Shown: positions 12,201-24,299 of the stretch, one piece after another | Layout of the letters: each line of letters starts with the position of its first letter | How positions within the stretch are numbered: the stretch's first letter is position 1 | NCBI GenBank assembly: GCA_028534125.1 | Contig: CM052819.1 | Location: 105,524,001 to 105,588,000 of the forward strand | Reading direction: 5' to 3' | Length of the DNA stretch: 64,000 nt | Source of the DNA: Lama glama | Lineage: Eukaryota | The notes under the pieces: generated by a model | Seen by the model: only the letters and a program-made list of their open reading frames with translations | What the model was told of the DNA's origin: nothing | The model's database searches: none | Position numbers and translations under genes: made by a program

Positions 12201-15200
12201 GTCTCAAAAATGATCGAGCAGAGTTGATTTGTAGGACATGGGATTCCAGCAAAGCCCCCTTTGCTTCTGAGATCCGTCTTTATCCCTCCTCCCCATTTCT
12301 CAAGCCACTGGCACATTGACAGGCTTGGGCCAGTAGTCCTCCAGAAGGTCTGCCTTTCTGGGTTTGACTGGCCGTGTCCTCATGGGTTTGTTTAGCTGGT
12401 TCCCCGTCAGCTGCTGTCTGTCCCCGCTGGAGTGCGGGCAGGTAGCCCTGAGCTGTGGGTGTTTGGCAGCACCCCTGGCTCCCCCACTTTGTGCCAGTGG
12501 CACGCCCACCCACCCCCACCCCGGTCTCCAGATGCTGCTCCCTGTGATAACCACTGCTGTAGTGCTTGACTCGGCTCAGAGTCAGTTTTTGGGCAAGAGA
12601 GTCTGCAGGTGTGTCGTTTGCTCCATCGGCCCCCCATCGGGGGGCACTGTCCAGGGCCCCACCGCGAGTGCTGCGCGCCCGTGGACCCTGGGCTCTCGCT
12701 GTCACAGTCCCCTCTGGCTCTCAGCCGTGACGACGTTCAGGTAACTCGGAAGCAAAGCTGCAGGGTGTGTGCAGAGAGGAGCGTTGCAGCGGCGGCGTGC
12801 CTTCCCTGCACATCAGAGCCAGGGGCCTGTCGGGTCAGTGGCCAGACACGCCGGCAGCCCCGCAGGCTCTGAGCTGCTTTGCTTGAGCCTTGCTTTTCAA
12901 AGCCCCTCTTTACATGTGATGGAAATTACGGTGAGCCCTGGGTTCTCAGTGAGTTGTCATCGCTTCTGAGGATGGAGAGTGTTCATTGCTCTTTCCCACG
13001 ACATGTTGTGATCTGTTGTATGTTTAGGAAAGTCAGTTATAATCGTGCAACAATGTATCCAAAATAGAACATTCTTTGATCTTTTTTTCCCGAGAGATAG
13101 CTTGCTTAGGAAGATGTGTTTCTCTCTCACGGTTTTACATGTGAAATTGAAAGTAGAAATATATGTAACAACTCATTCTTAGTTTACTGTGTCACTCTTT
13201 TTATTTCCTGGAGTGTGTCTTAACACAGCCAAAATATATTTGATAAAGGTCTCAAGTGTCAAAATCTTACTTTTTGTGTTTCTCTTTTAGGAAGTATGTT
13301 CAAGTGTGTGTCCAGAACTTGTCCGAACTTGACTTCCAGCTGTCAGATAGTAATCTCGTGGCTGCCGGGGACAGCAGTGACCTGCGACTCGTACCGCTGC
13401 ACACGGACTCCCAGCAGGTACCCGTTCCCTGGAGTCGAGCATGAACTTCTGGACAGAAAACAGTGGAACAAGTATGGTGATGGCCTGCCTGTCACGTCTT
13501 GATGAAAATGACAGTCTGTTTTTAGCTTAAGCCTTTCCGCACAGAGCACGACCGTGCTGGTGGTTGGCGGAGCGCACGCAGGGAGGAGGATGGCCCCGAG
13601 GCACGGCTCTGTGGCCTCAACGTCATGGTCGCGCTTCACTTTGGGCCGAGTGGCACAACGGACGGGTTAGGAGACAGGTTGATATTTGTATTTTCAGAAA
13701 GGTTAAATCTTACATGTGTCTGCCTCCATGCGCAGATGGACAGCACTCCAGGCTTGTTCTTGAGTCTTGTGCTGACCGCATGGACTCCATCAGCCCGGAA
13801 GCAGTGCCTCCGATTAAATGTCTGCCTGTGCCCAGTGATGGCTCTCGGGGGCAGGGGGGAGCTGTGAAAAGGAGCCACGCTCATGTCTGCGCGGCCTGGC
13901 TGAGCCCCGGCCCCACTTTTTCTGTCCACTTTCCGCGTGTGTTTTTAGACAGTGAATGCTGAGTGTTTAGAAGATCAGACTTTTCTTAATGGATGTCTGA
14001 TCTTTAGTATTTTCAAAGGATTTTTCCCAACTAGCATTTGCTCCATTTCAAGCGCTCCCCACGTCTGTCGCTGCATGTGTAGGCGTGGACTTCATGCCTG
14101 AGGGGTGCTGGTTCCTCTCCTCCTTTCATCTAGTGGTAGAAACAGAGCAGCTGGTGTGGGTGTAACAGTGGCCCTTTCACCCGCTCGCTGACACGTCCCA
14201 TGTTGGAAACGTACGGGCTGCTGCGTTCTAGTAAAGTCTTCCCCTGTGCTGTCAGGCTTATGAGCCATGACAAATCAAAGGCTTTTAACCAGCTGGGGGC
14301 AAGTCCCCGCAGGGAGGCTGGGTGCAGGCTGTGCGGGGCGCCTGGGGGCTGCGCGTCGGCCCGCCTCTGCGTGTGCGGTGACGGCCGCTCTCTTGCAGCA
14401 CGTCCGCAGCGAGCAGGCCGTCTTCTTCGTCTGGGAGCTGAAGTGGACCCGGGAGCCTCCCCCGCCCCTGCACGGCCAGTTCTCCGTTGGATTCTCGCCG
14501 GCATCCGAGCAGCGGCTGCCTGTCTCCCTAAAGCCCTATACGTATGAATTCCAAGTGGACAGTTTTTTTGTACGTGTTGCCTTCTCTCTGGTGGGGTTGT
14601 GGGCGGGGGATGGACGGTGGCATCGTATTCTGTATCTTCTGAAGATCAGACGGACGGGCTCTTTCAGTACAATGAAGCCGCAGACCCCGGGAAACGGCCT
14701 GTGCTCGGAGGGGCTGAAGCATCGCCCGCAGTGTTTGGAGCCCCAGGTCCTCGCCAGGTGGCGGGCCTGAGACCCGCCCTCCTGCGCGCTCTCCACTGAG
14801 TGTGCTGGCCTGCAGCCGGGACCTCCACCTCTTCCCGTCTCCCCTTCCCCCCCCCCCCCCGACAGCGACTCCTTCCTCCTCGACCCTCAGCTGCTGCTCT
14901 ATGAAGGCATGTCTCTAGTTTCTTAGGAGGAAAACTGAGAGTATTATAGAAATTTACGTAGTTGATGGGGCAAAGATTTTCTTTAATCTGCACGTTAAGT
15001 GCGGAGCTGAAAGTGGCCTGGAGCTGGGTGAGCAAAGAGGGATGCGGTTTGTTCCTTGGTGAGCTGATTGGGTTTCGTGTGAGGTGAGTCAGAATGTGGA
15101 CACACTGTTTTGTGGCTTTTCCTTTTCTTCCTTTTACAGCTGAGATTGTCACACAGCACTTTATTTGAGAAGGTGTTTGTGTGCGTAGCTCTTGTTATTA

Positions 15201-18200
15201 GCAGTTTTTTCAGTCCCTCCTCCAACCCAGAGTATGTTTGCTTGGACCCTCCTGAGTTTCTGAGCTTTCTCATTAGCCTTAGAGTTAAGCATAATCCCTG
15301 GTGTAGCTCATCTTTTTGTTGTACAAACAGGGGCCTTTTCTATGTGTTAACAGCTGCCGAACAGTAAATGATTCATACGGTGAGGAGTCTGCATACTGTT
15401 AACGTGGTTTGCTCGCTGCGGATGGTTAATAACGAGGTAGCCGTGTCCACTGTTGCTTTTCCGTCTTTCTTGTTTCTTTTCAGACTCTGCGTGTAGGGAA
15501 GGGCTTCCTTCAGAGCGGAGCGAGCTGGGTGGACGGCCAGCGCGAGCACCTGGGGGGTCACTCTCTTCCACACTGGTCCTCCGAGGACCGGAGATACAGA
15601 TGCCACTTTTTTAAAAAAAAAAGCTTTATGGAGATGTAATTTGCACACCGTGAAGCTCACCCGTGTGGCACATTCAGCGCATGTTGTGTGTGACAGGCTT
15701 TTGTCACCACGGCCAGGACCGGATGTCAGAGTGCCTCCGCCATCCCAGGGCCTTCCCACGCCTGCTCCCCCCTTTTAGCCCGGGCCCGCCCAGAGGCAGG
15801 TGTGCCTCTGCCACCTGCTCGGGGGCAGGCGTGTTCCGTGTGGTCTTTCAAGACTGGCTGCTTCCCCGCGTCACGGTGTTGCCCAGGGTCGCCCATTTTG
15901 CATTGTGTGGCGTGGCCCCTCCTCGTGGGGGGTGGAATAGCGCCCCGTGGTGCGGTGGACCACACGGCTGCTCAGTCCTCTGCGCTGCACGTCCGGGCTG
16001 TACCCACCCCGGGGCTGCTAGGCATGGCGATGCTGTCTGGGGGGGTCCTTGGGTGAGTTCTGTGCACCCAGATGTGCTCGGTTCTGTGTTGCCGGAACAC
16101 ATGTGGTAAGTTTGTGAGAAGCTGCTGAACTGTTCTTAAGGAAACATCACTTTACATTCTCTCGGCAACATGTGCGGGCTCTGGGTTCCAGGTTCCCGCC
16201 GACGCTCGCTCTCGCTGGCTGTCTGGCCGCAGCCCCCACCCTGGGAGGGAGGCCGTCTCTCACCGCCGTGACGTCGGGTGGCGGTGAGCATCTTCCTTGT
16301 GCTTTTTGGCCATTTGTGCGTCTTCTTTGGAGAGACGTCTTTCATCTCCTTTTCCCACCTTTAGTACGGCTGTCTTCTTGTTGAGTTGTCAGTGCTCTTC
16401 GTGTGTTCAGTCTCTGATCATACATAGGATCTGCAGATACTTCCTCCCACTTCGTGTTTGTACTTTCACTTTCTTGATGGTGTCCTTTGAAGCACAAAAG
16501 GTTTTACTTTCGCTGGAGCCCAGCTTACCAGGCTCTTATTTCCTGTACTCTCGGTGTAGGATCTGAGCAACCATTGCTTATTATCCCAAGTTCAAAAAGG
16601 TCTCTTGTGTTTTCTTCTAAGAGTTTTATAGTTTGAGCTCTTAGGTTGAGGTCTGCAATCTACTGAGAGTTAACTTCTCTGTGTGGTAAGAGGAGGTTCC
16701 AAGTTCATTCTGTCTGCGTGGCCGTTCAGGTGCCCCCGTCCCATTTGTTGGCAGGACTCTTCCCTCCCCTCAGGTGGCCTTGGCACCCTTGTTGAAGATC
16801 TGGTGGCTGTCAGTGTTGGGGTTGATTTCCGAGGAGGCTTATTTCTGGGCGTGGTGCCTGCAGCCTCCGAAGGTCCAGGGCTTCCCTGCGGCCGCCCCTC
16901 AGCCCGTGAGTGTCCAGGGGCGGCAGTCAGGATGCTTAGGAGCACAGTCGCCCATCGCTCCGTAGCTCAGTGCTGCCTTCCTGGCCCTGAGCATGACTCA
17001 CACGTCCTTGGCCTCTCAGACCTTCCGGACTGCGCAGCCCGGCCGTGAGCTGCCAGGGCAGGAGCTCCTCCGTCAGCCCCTTCGCTGTTGCTGCTCTCTC
17101 CGCCTGGCGTTCCTTCACCTTCTTCCCCTGGGACGGGGTCTGTCCGCTCCCATCCGGGGGTCACATCCCTCTGCCCCACACACGCGGCGTCTTTGTGTCC
17201 TTGTGGCCACGCGGCCCCTCGGGTCGGCACCTCTGTCCCCGCCCCACCCCGGCGCCGGTGCTTGATGGGAGAGTCGCTGGGCAAGGCCCCTCTGGGACAG
17301 TGTTTGGCCTTGTTAGCTCCCAGAGAAGTGTTCTGTCTCGGTAGCAGGCTTTTTAAAATTCCGAAATCTTTTCCTTGGACACGTCGCTGTACCAGCAGAA
17401 CGCTTTGCAGTTGGGTTGTGCTGTGATCACTACCTACGGCTGCTGTGACTTCGGTACCTTCACGCTTGTCAAGTGGAGCACAGGTTGCCAGGGGGTGGGC
17501 TGCGGTTCCACACCGACCACAAGACGTGCAGATGGAGAGGTCTACTGCACACAGGCCCTGGAGGAGGGATGCGGCCTGCGCCAGGGCCACGCAGGAAGGG
17601 CAAGGCCGCACGCAGACAGGGAGGCAGGGCCTGGGCCACGTGCCTTTGAGTGGGTCTGTGGAGCGTCAGGGGTTCCTATGCCTGGATCAGTCAGTTCGCA
17701 CCACAGAGCGGGTTTCATTCAGCCCCACGGGAGTCTCATCTGAGGGGCACGTAGGCGGAAGGCCCTGGGAGGCCGGGAGACGGTTAATCACAAGGGATGT
17801 GGGAGAAGTTGTATCAAGGACTTCCATCTGCTTGTGACTGCGGGCTGCTGTCTGGGACGAGCACTGGTGTGAGGGGCCAGTGTCAGTTTAAGGTCCCTGC
17901 AGGCCGCTCAGTCAAACAGAACGGCTGGTGAGGCAGCGATACCCCAGAGAAGCTGAGCTGCGCCCTGGACAGTGTCCTGAAAGGAGGCGTGCTGACCCTC
18001 AGAAGTCGGGCTGCCAGCGGGGCTGTCTGTCTCCCCGTGCAGACCTTGGGTCTTTTCTGGTCCTGGATGGGGTGCGGGTGAACAGGTGTGAATACCAGGT
18101 CAGCAGGTCAGAGGCAGAGACACTGCGGAGGCGGCTGGTTGTGGACTTGGTACTGGATGAGCCCAGGGAATTGGTGTTCATGTTGTGGTGCTGATGCCGT

Positions 18201-20853
18201 GCTCTGGTGAGAACGTGTCCGTGGTTTAGTAGCGCGTTCTGCAGCCGTGGGGTGAGCTGGCAGGCAGGCTGGCCTCTGCCCTGAAATAGCCCAGGTGCTT
18301 GGACAGGGAGGACCCGCAGCGGGGGAGGGGCCCGGCGGGTGGTGGTGACCCTGAGTCTGCAGCAGGCTCGCGGGGCTGGCGGGGCCTGGACGGGTCCCGC
18401 GGGGGGAGACTGAAGGCTCTCGAGGCAGGGCTTCCCCAGAACGTGGTCTGTGCGGGGGGCTGGTCCGGGGGCGCAGCTGATACGTGGCCCACGTGGAGCA
18501 GCGGCTCTCGCTCCGGTCTGCAGGCAGGACCCTGCGGCCTCGCGTGGCGTTTCTTCAGAGTGTCTGCGTGTCTGCTCTGTACCTGCCCTCCTTTCTTTCA
18601 GACGCTGTACAGTGTGACAGCTGAGATCTCGCCCCCACCGGGGGCTGAGCTCTGTAAGACGGGCGCCCTCTGCTCCTTGGAGGTGACCATCACACGGCTC
18701 GCCGACCTCTTGGAGGTGGACAAGGATGAGGCGCTGACAGAATCTGAGGAGTATTTTTCGACAAAGCTTATGTACGAAGGTAGGTCTGGAAGTGGCTCTC
18801 CCCTTGTGGTGAGACATTCTAGAATTAAAAGAGCGTTTGAATGCTGCGTGCTACATCATGGCCCTGGGCTCGCAGGAAGTTGAGCCTAGTCCCCGTGGAG
18901 CCACCTAGCAGGAGTTCCCGCCGTCGAGGGGCTTGGGGCTGAGCCCGTCCTCTGCCCGTGAGGTGGGGTCTGCGTGTCCTCCGTGAGCAGAGTCCAGGCT
19001 CCATCGCTCAGCCATCCGGGCATCCTGTGGTCAGGCTCTTGCCCTTTTCCCTCCAGCCTCCTGCCACCCCCCTTTTCGGCTCGTCCTCCCTCCCTGGTCT
19101 GCTGGATCCCCCTCTGCAGCCCCCTTCTCGGGGGCCTTCGCTGCTTCAGCAGAAGTTGTCAGGTTTTTCGTGTGCCAGAAATAAATATGGAGGCAGATAT
19201 TTGTGTACTTATTTTAAAAAAAAAAGGAAACCTGCTACATGATGTTACTCTGGAAAAAACTGTTTTCCAAAACACAAAACCATAGCAAGAAGAATGACGT
19301 GGTTCTACATCTTCTCACGTCTCTGCCGTGTGTGGCTGGGGGAAGGCGCCTGCGTCCCCGCCTGGTGCATCCAGGCTGCGGTAACAGCCCGAGCCGGGGG
19401 AAGGCATGGAGGGAGTCCAGTCCTGCACAGATACGTGGTTGGGAAAGGAGGATGCACCTAACAACCTTCAGATAACTGGATGGTTTTCTCTGACACCCCT
19501 CGACACCTGACAGGTGGTGGCTTTTTACAGGCTAGTTACCACATGGAATCTTGAATCACATGTGTGAGCTCAGCTCCATGAAATACTTTGATCTGTCTTG
19601 CACTTTGAGGGGCTCTTTTACTCTGGCACCGCCTCATGACACCATGCTTCGGTCACTAGGGAAAGTGGTTCCTGAGTTACGCAGACCTGCCCGATGCAAC
19701 AGCCTTTAGTGCCCTGGCTCACCCTGAACCCACCGAGATCATTAGTGTTGAAGACACTGCCGCGCGTGAGACTCTCTGAGGCACTGGAGGAGGCACTGAG
19801 TGCTTGCCAGATGTCTTTTCTTTCCATCCTGCCGGGGCTCCCGCGAGGGCAGAGTTGGGAGGCCGACCCATGGGTTGGTGCCGGCCGAGCCACACCCTGC
19901 TCCATCCGCATCCCTGATGGGACAGCCTGAGCGGCCACGCCCTTGGTTCTTTACACACAGAGCTTTCAAAACAGAACTAAGTTACCGTTCACTTACTAAC
20001 CTGGGAAGACAGTGGTCTTCCTCATGCTCCTAGCATACATCTTAGTTGTTGGACCAGGTGTGTTTCATTTTAAGGCGCAGTTACAAGGCGTTGAGGCCTC
20101 GGTCTGTGCGCCAGTGTTCGGGACTGTTGATGCCTCTGCTCTGGTGTGAGCGCTGAAGGCCCTTCCTGGTGACAGCCGTGCTCTCTCTGTTTTAGTCGTG
20201 GACAACAGCAGCAACTGGGCCGTGTGCGGGAAGAGCTCCGGCGTCGTCTCCATGCCCGTGTGTGCTCGGGCCACTCACAGAGTCCACATGGAGGTGATGC
20301 CCCTCTTCGCGGGCTACCTCCCCCTCCCCGATGTCAGGCTGTTCAAGTACCTCCCCCATCACTCTGCGCACTCCTCACAGCTGGATGCCGGTAAGGGCGT
20401 GGTCCGTCCCAAGGTGGGATAAGGTGGCCCCGTGGGATCTGACAGCAGACACCTAGTCAGGGGCTCGCCACCTACTGGGAGAGCGAGTCCCCAAGGCCCC
20501 GGCCCGAGATTCCCTTCACACCCCTGTGCCCTGAAGCTTGCTGTTCCGGGAAGGGGAGTCAGGAGCAGGTTGAGGTCAGCATGGCCTCTGCCTCACCCCC
20601 TGTGCATTTTGCAGACAGCTGGATAGAAAACGACGGCCTGTCAGTGGACAAGCACGTGGACGAGCAGCTGGACAGCAGCAGCATCAGGAGCAGGGGCAGT
20701 GGGCACTCAGCCGCCAGCAGTGAGCACAAGGGCTTGCCCATGCCCCGGCTGCAGGCGCTGCCCCCCGGCCAGGTCTTCAACTGCAGCGCGGGCACGCAGG
20801 TCCTGGTCGTCCCCAGCAAGGATGACCATGTTCTGGAAGTCAGTGTCACATGA
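710..20853 (+). CDS. TRAPPC10: TRAPPC10 (TRAPPII subunit TRS130 homolog/TMEM1), 3' 12 coding exons; 5' part lies upstream of window
   Basis: Exons 710-850, 1123-1235, 3681-4195, 4942-5083, 6671-6829, 7573-7802, 11916-12016, 13291-13417, 14399-14569, 18602-18779, 20196-20390, 20615-20853 join in frame (2311 nt, about 769 aa) from [24 protein letters not shown] to [10 protein letters not shown], matching the remembered human TRAPPC10 C-terminal part. Confidence 0.96.
851..1122 (+). other. TRAPPC10: U12-type (minor spliceosome) GT-AG intron of TRAPPC10
   Basis: 5'ss GTATCCTTT; branch site CCCCTTGAC 1103-1111 with branch A 12 nt from the AG; no long polypyrimidine tract. Confidence 0.9.
1123..1235 (+). 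CDS. TRAPPC10: TRAPPC10 coding exon
   Basis: [37 protein letters not shown]; cag acceptor, GTGAG donor. Confidence 0.93.
1722..2150 (-). mobile_element. Old LINE-1 3' end fragment (L1MB-like)
   Basis: acagctttattgag...agaacatttttgtcacccc...ctactttctgtctct...tggacatttcatgtaagtggaatcataca, typical antisense L1 3'UTR. Confidence 0.8.
2390..2728 (-). mobile_element. MaLR LTR (MLT1A/B-like)
   Basis: tcacagttctggaggctgg...ggtgaggcctctcttcctgg...gaggccccacctccaaa...cagtccatagca terminus. Confidence 0.8.
3681..4195 (+). CDS. TRAPPC10: TRAPPC10 coding exon
   Basis: [10 protein letters not shown]...[12 protein letters not shown] (within ORF 3647-4264); cag acceptor, GTAGG donor. Confidence 0.95.
4942..5083 (+). 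CDS. TRAPPC10: TRAPPC10 coding exon
   Basis: [17 protein letters not shown]...[11 protein letters not shown]; cag acceptor, GTGAG donor. Confidence 0.95.
6161..6340 (-). repeat. (TG)n/(TA)n microsatellite fused to a short L1 3' tail
   Basis: tgtgtgt(at)n gtgtgt followed by tttttactgatgtatcatcaacttacaatgttgtgtcagtttctggtgtacagcat. Confidence 0.75.
6671..6829 (+). CDS. TRAPPC10: TRAPPC10 coding exon
   Basis: [19 protein letters not shown]...AVIYSNTR; tag acceptor, GTGAG donor. Confidence 0.95.
7573..7802 (+). CDS. TRAPPC10: TRAPPC10 coding exon
   Basis: [21 protein letters not shown]...MATTDHR; tag acceptor, GTAAG donor. Confidence 0.93.
8385..11200 (+). mobile_element. Decayed, internally deleted LINE-1 (ORF1 piece, ORF2 EN/RT/C-terminal pieces, 3'UTR), sense to TRAPPC10
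   Basis: gagaacttcaacaaagagat (ORF1); caggccaatatcc, tttgcagatgacatgat (RT FADD); aaactggtgcagccactgtggaaaacagtatggagg; A-rich end about 11200. Confidence 0.9.
8835..8988 (+). mobile_element. tRNA-derived SINE (camelid Vic-1-like) nested in the L1
   Basis: gggcagggtgcagctcagtggtaggg (A box)...ggtcctgggctcaaccctagtacctccattaaa (B box); diverged target-site duplication ccactcacctcag / agactcattttag. Confidence 0.75.
11916..12016 (+). CDS. TRAPPC10: TRAPPC10 coding exon
   Basis: [33 protein letters not shown]; cag acceptor, GTAAG donor. Confidence 0.95.
13291..13417 (+). CDS. TRAPPC10: TRAPPC10 coding exon
   Basis: [20 protein letters not shown]...DSQQ; tag acceptor, GTACC donor. Confidence 0.93.
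14399..14569 (+). CDS. TRAPPC10: TRAPPC10 coding exon
   Basis: [16 protein letters not shown]...[14 protein letters not shown]; cag acceptor, GTACGT donor. Confidence 0.93.
15605..16860 (-). mobile_element. Old LINE-1 3' fragment, strongly GC-shifted
   Basis: agctttatggagatgtaatttgcacacc...gagcatcttccttgtgctttttggccattt...gatggtgtcctttgaagcacaaaag...tttcttctaagagttttatagttt. Confidence 0.8.
18602..18779 (+). CDS. TRAPPC10: TRAPPC10 coding exon
   Basis: [14 protein letters not shown]...FSTKLMYE; cag acceptor, GTAGGT donor. Confidence 0.95.
19230..19700. mobile_element. hAT-Charlie DNA transposon fragment (Charlie1-like)
   Basis: cagatacgtggttgggaaagg...ttcagataactggat...gacaggtggtggctttttacaggctagtt...tcttgcactttga...ctgagttacgcagacct resembles the remembered Charlie1 consensus. 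Confidence 0.7.
20196..20390 (+). CDS. TRAPPC10: TRAPPC10 coding exon
   Basis: [15 protein letters not shown]...[12 protein letters not shown]; tag acceptor, GTAAG donor. Confidence 0.95.
20615..20853 (+). CDS. TRAPPC10: TRAPPC10 last coding exon
   Basis: [13 protein letters not shown]...[10 protein letters not shown] then TGA at 20851-20853. Confidence 0.95.
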
Positions 20854-23800
20854 CCGCGCCCCGGCTGCACCCCCAGGCTGGCATGTGTGCGCCTGAGGGG
20901 ACCCGGCCGGCAGCTGTCTGCCGTGACTTCTAGCTCTACCCAGACTTCCAGGTCCTGCCCGGCATGGCGGCCGCAGAGAGTGTTCGGTGTTCGGCTGGCC
21001 CATGGAGCCACGTCGTTCTTTTGTGTTGTCTGTGGCGTGGAGTCCTCGCTGTTTTCTCCGCTCCCGACCCCGTGCCCTGCTTCCTCCGGCGTTTGCCAGC
21101 GCCCCACTCTGACACCACTCACCCTGCTCGTGGAAGCGCTTTCCAGTGGTCTCTCCCGCCCCCCGGCAGTCTGCCGGTTCTGGGCGGAAGTCCAGGTGTG
21201 CGTCAGGTGTGCACACAGCAGGCCTCGCTGTCTCGTTAGTGACCCGTGTGTGTCACACGGCGGCCCGGTGTCTGGACCAGGTGGGTTTGTAAGTCTCCTC
21301 AGGGGTAACACACAGCTCTTTACCCCACGTCATCTGGTTGTGCTTTTCTCCAATAACACCCCTTCTGGGCAGGTGGGTGGGGCTGGGGTGGGTGGGGCTG
21401 AGGGTGGTGGTGGGGAGGGAACAAACCCCTTCTGTGCCTTGGAGGTCAGACTGGGTGGGCCTGGAGCACCCATTAGCTGGAGCCATTTCAAAGGTACTGT
21501 AGGACAACTGGGCCAGGGCATGAGAAACAGCGCGGTATCGAACAATTTAGGAAGAAAAGTTTCTGGAACCCTTTCTCCCACCCTCACCGTGTTGATTAGG
21601 TATCACATGCACTTGGAATTAAATGTGTGTTTATTTAATTATCACATATGTGGGGGTTAATACGTTGCATTGTTTTTCTCTCACCTTTAAAGCCTTTACA
21701 TGTAATTGTAACTGTATAATCTATTTTTCTTTTGTACCTTAAGTCTCAGAAATTAAGAGGTTCCACTTAAATGAAGATTCGGGGTCTCTCAGTGTACTTC
21801 TAGTCTGGTTGTAGGAAGGATGAAAGTCTGGGACTACTCTCTGCTGTCCGCTAAATCGCAGTCATACCAATGGATTAACTTGCTTTAGGTTGTAAATTTA
21901 ATTGTACATAAAGTTGATTTATTATTTTTAAAAGTACAAACTAACTGATGTAATGTTTATGTATAAGTTGCACCAAAAATCAAGGACAAAATAAATGTGT
22001 GTGTTTCTATTGGTGTGAAAGTCACAGCTTGTAAATAAATGTTGTGTGTATTAACCCTTTTCCAGCTCTCCAAAGCGAGGTATTTTTGTACATATGAAAA
22101 AGAGAACTCTTAATTCACTGGGGAAGAGTGGTTGGAGTTGAACTTGACCAGATTAAGTGAGTGAGTGTAGTCAGGTCGAGTGGAGGATGGGGCGTCCTGT
22201 GAATAACCTCAAGTGTGTGAGCCTTAGAGAAAAGGAGCCTTCTGCAGCTGCCACCATCCCTGCCTGCAGTGGTGGGCGGTGAGAAGGCACAGGTCAAGAT
22301 GGGTGCAGAGCACAGCAGTGGAGTCTTCTCTTCTGATGTGGTCTCCTAGCTCATTTAACGAATAAAGGTGGTGAATCCCCCTCCGTGTCCTTCACTTGTA
22401 GAAACTGGAGACGTGTACAAAGAAGATAGTACTTGTGCGTCTCATTAAACCTTTCAGAAACGTTCTTTCCTTATGTGCAGTTTAAAACCAGTAAACTTGG
22501 TCAGCTGGTTAGGCAAACTAGAACTTCAGCATCTAACGATAGTTTAGGGTTTCTAAAGTAAATTGGCTTTATTGTAAAAATTGATTGCCCTACAGGTCTG
22601 CCACGCCCCATGTGTGAAGAGACCTTTGAGATTTGTCAGAAAAGCGTCTACCGCATATCGAGCCTCGGAGCCCCTCCTCCGCGTATAACGAGCTTCCTAG
22701 ATCACCTGGAAGGGGGGCATGATCACTGGTTAGGTTACCCTATTTCTGTTGGACTTCTGTGCTGGGTTCCAATTCCGGGATGAAATTCTCTTAACTACAT
22801 ACCTATTCAGAAGGGAAAAAAATGAAGGAGAAATCCAAAATGTTTATGGTGGTTTCTTATGTCTGGAAATTGAATGAAATCAAAATGATCAGAGGTTTGG
22901 ATTTTTTCCCCCTAATTACCCAAAAGATCTTTTGCAATCTTAAATTACATGGGCTCCTCGGGGTTTTTGTTTGTTTTGTTTTGTTTTGTTTTTTAACACC
23001 AGTGAATAATGTCATCTAAAATTTCTTTTTTTTTTTTTTAAACTAAAAGGCTGTAGTTGGATTTGTTGTGTTTAAAATAAAGTAGGGCTTACGGGTTTGA
23101 GACAAGCTGGTTTTACTGGTAAAGGTGTAGCAGCTGTTAAGTAACTGTGAAGCCAGATACAGACTGTGCATCTAAAAAACAGAATATGCAGCCAGTTTAC
23201 AAATATCTGTGGGACATGTAAATACTAGCAAATGAAAAAGAAAAGTTATAATTTTGGTGAATTTCATGGGGCCTCCTGTGATTGGAAAAATTATAACTCT
23301 TCTGATTCTAATGTGGAAATTGTGGTATTTAATCTGAAAATGACTTCTACCTGCAGTTCCATTGTAGTGGGCCAGATTCCTGTGTTAGTCCCTGCTGATG
23401 AGGCTAGACACCCCGTAAGAGCAGAGAAGAAACACACACAGGCTTCTACTCAGCTTCTCTTTAGTGTTTAAAATAAGTTTGTGTTACAAAATGAAATTAA
23501 ACACTCCAGGTATGTATATACAATGAAAACTTATACTACTTTTTTAAATAAAAGATCAAACTAGACTGAGCTAAATGTTTTATTGTCAGCTGTGATCTTT
23601 AAAATAAATCCTATGTGGTTTTAAAATCTGATTTTTCATGAAAATGCCCCTTTCTCTAAATTTATTCATCCTGTATGTCAGGCTATAAAACCCGAAGGCA
23701 TTGTTAATACCGTTTGCTGGGATTCTGTGGCTGGAAAAGGTGACAAGTTGGTGACTTTGATACTGCAGGTATTAATTCCATCTTCATGGTTTACTATGAA

Positions 23801-23910
23801 AGTCATTTTTCACGTTATTCTGTAATATATTGTTAGACTAAAACCATTGTATTAAGACTTTAAAATGTAAGCATTATAATTCTGAAAATACACATTTTAA
23901 GAAGAAACTT
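20854..23910 (+). other. TRAPPC10: TRAPPC10 3'UTR with several candidate poly(A) signals (end approximate)
   Basis: AU-rich tract; AATAAA at 21990, 22034, 22361, 23076, 23547, 23603; AATACA at 23887. Confidence 0.65.
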
Positions 23911-24299
23911 GGTGTTCTGAACTTCATTTTGCTGTGGAGTGTGAAAATTGAGCCTGTAAAGTTAAAGAATTGTTTTCTTTCCCCGATCCTTGTTCCTGAC
24001 TCGAAGCATAGATTATTTACTTTTGGGGGCGCACTAGGGCTTTTTTTTCACAACTTACTGCGAAGTAGCTCCCAAGTGGTAAGACTTTTGAGTCTCCAGT
24101 TTTCTGGTGGTAGACATAGTTGCCATCCTCAAATTTGACAACGCAACTGCCTTTGTCATCGCTCTTACAATTTCTTCGGAAACGTTCAATTTCCAATTTA
24201 AGAGTCTCCTTTCGGTCCCCATTTCATAATCTAGAGCTTTTAAACAAGTAAGCATGGGGTCGGACCTTCTCATGCTCCGTAGTGCCTGAACGGCTTGTG

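Noticed and set aside
14748-14765. CTCF-like motifs (here and at about 985 and 63135)
   Set aside because: Partial matches are expected by chance at this GC content and cannot be supported from sequence alone.
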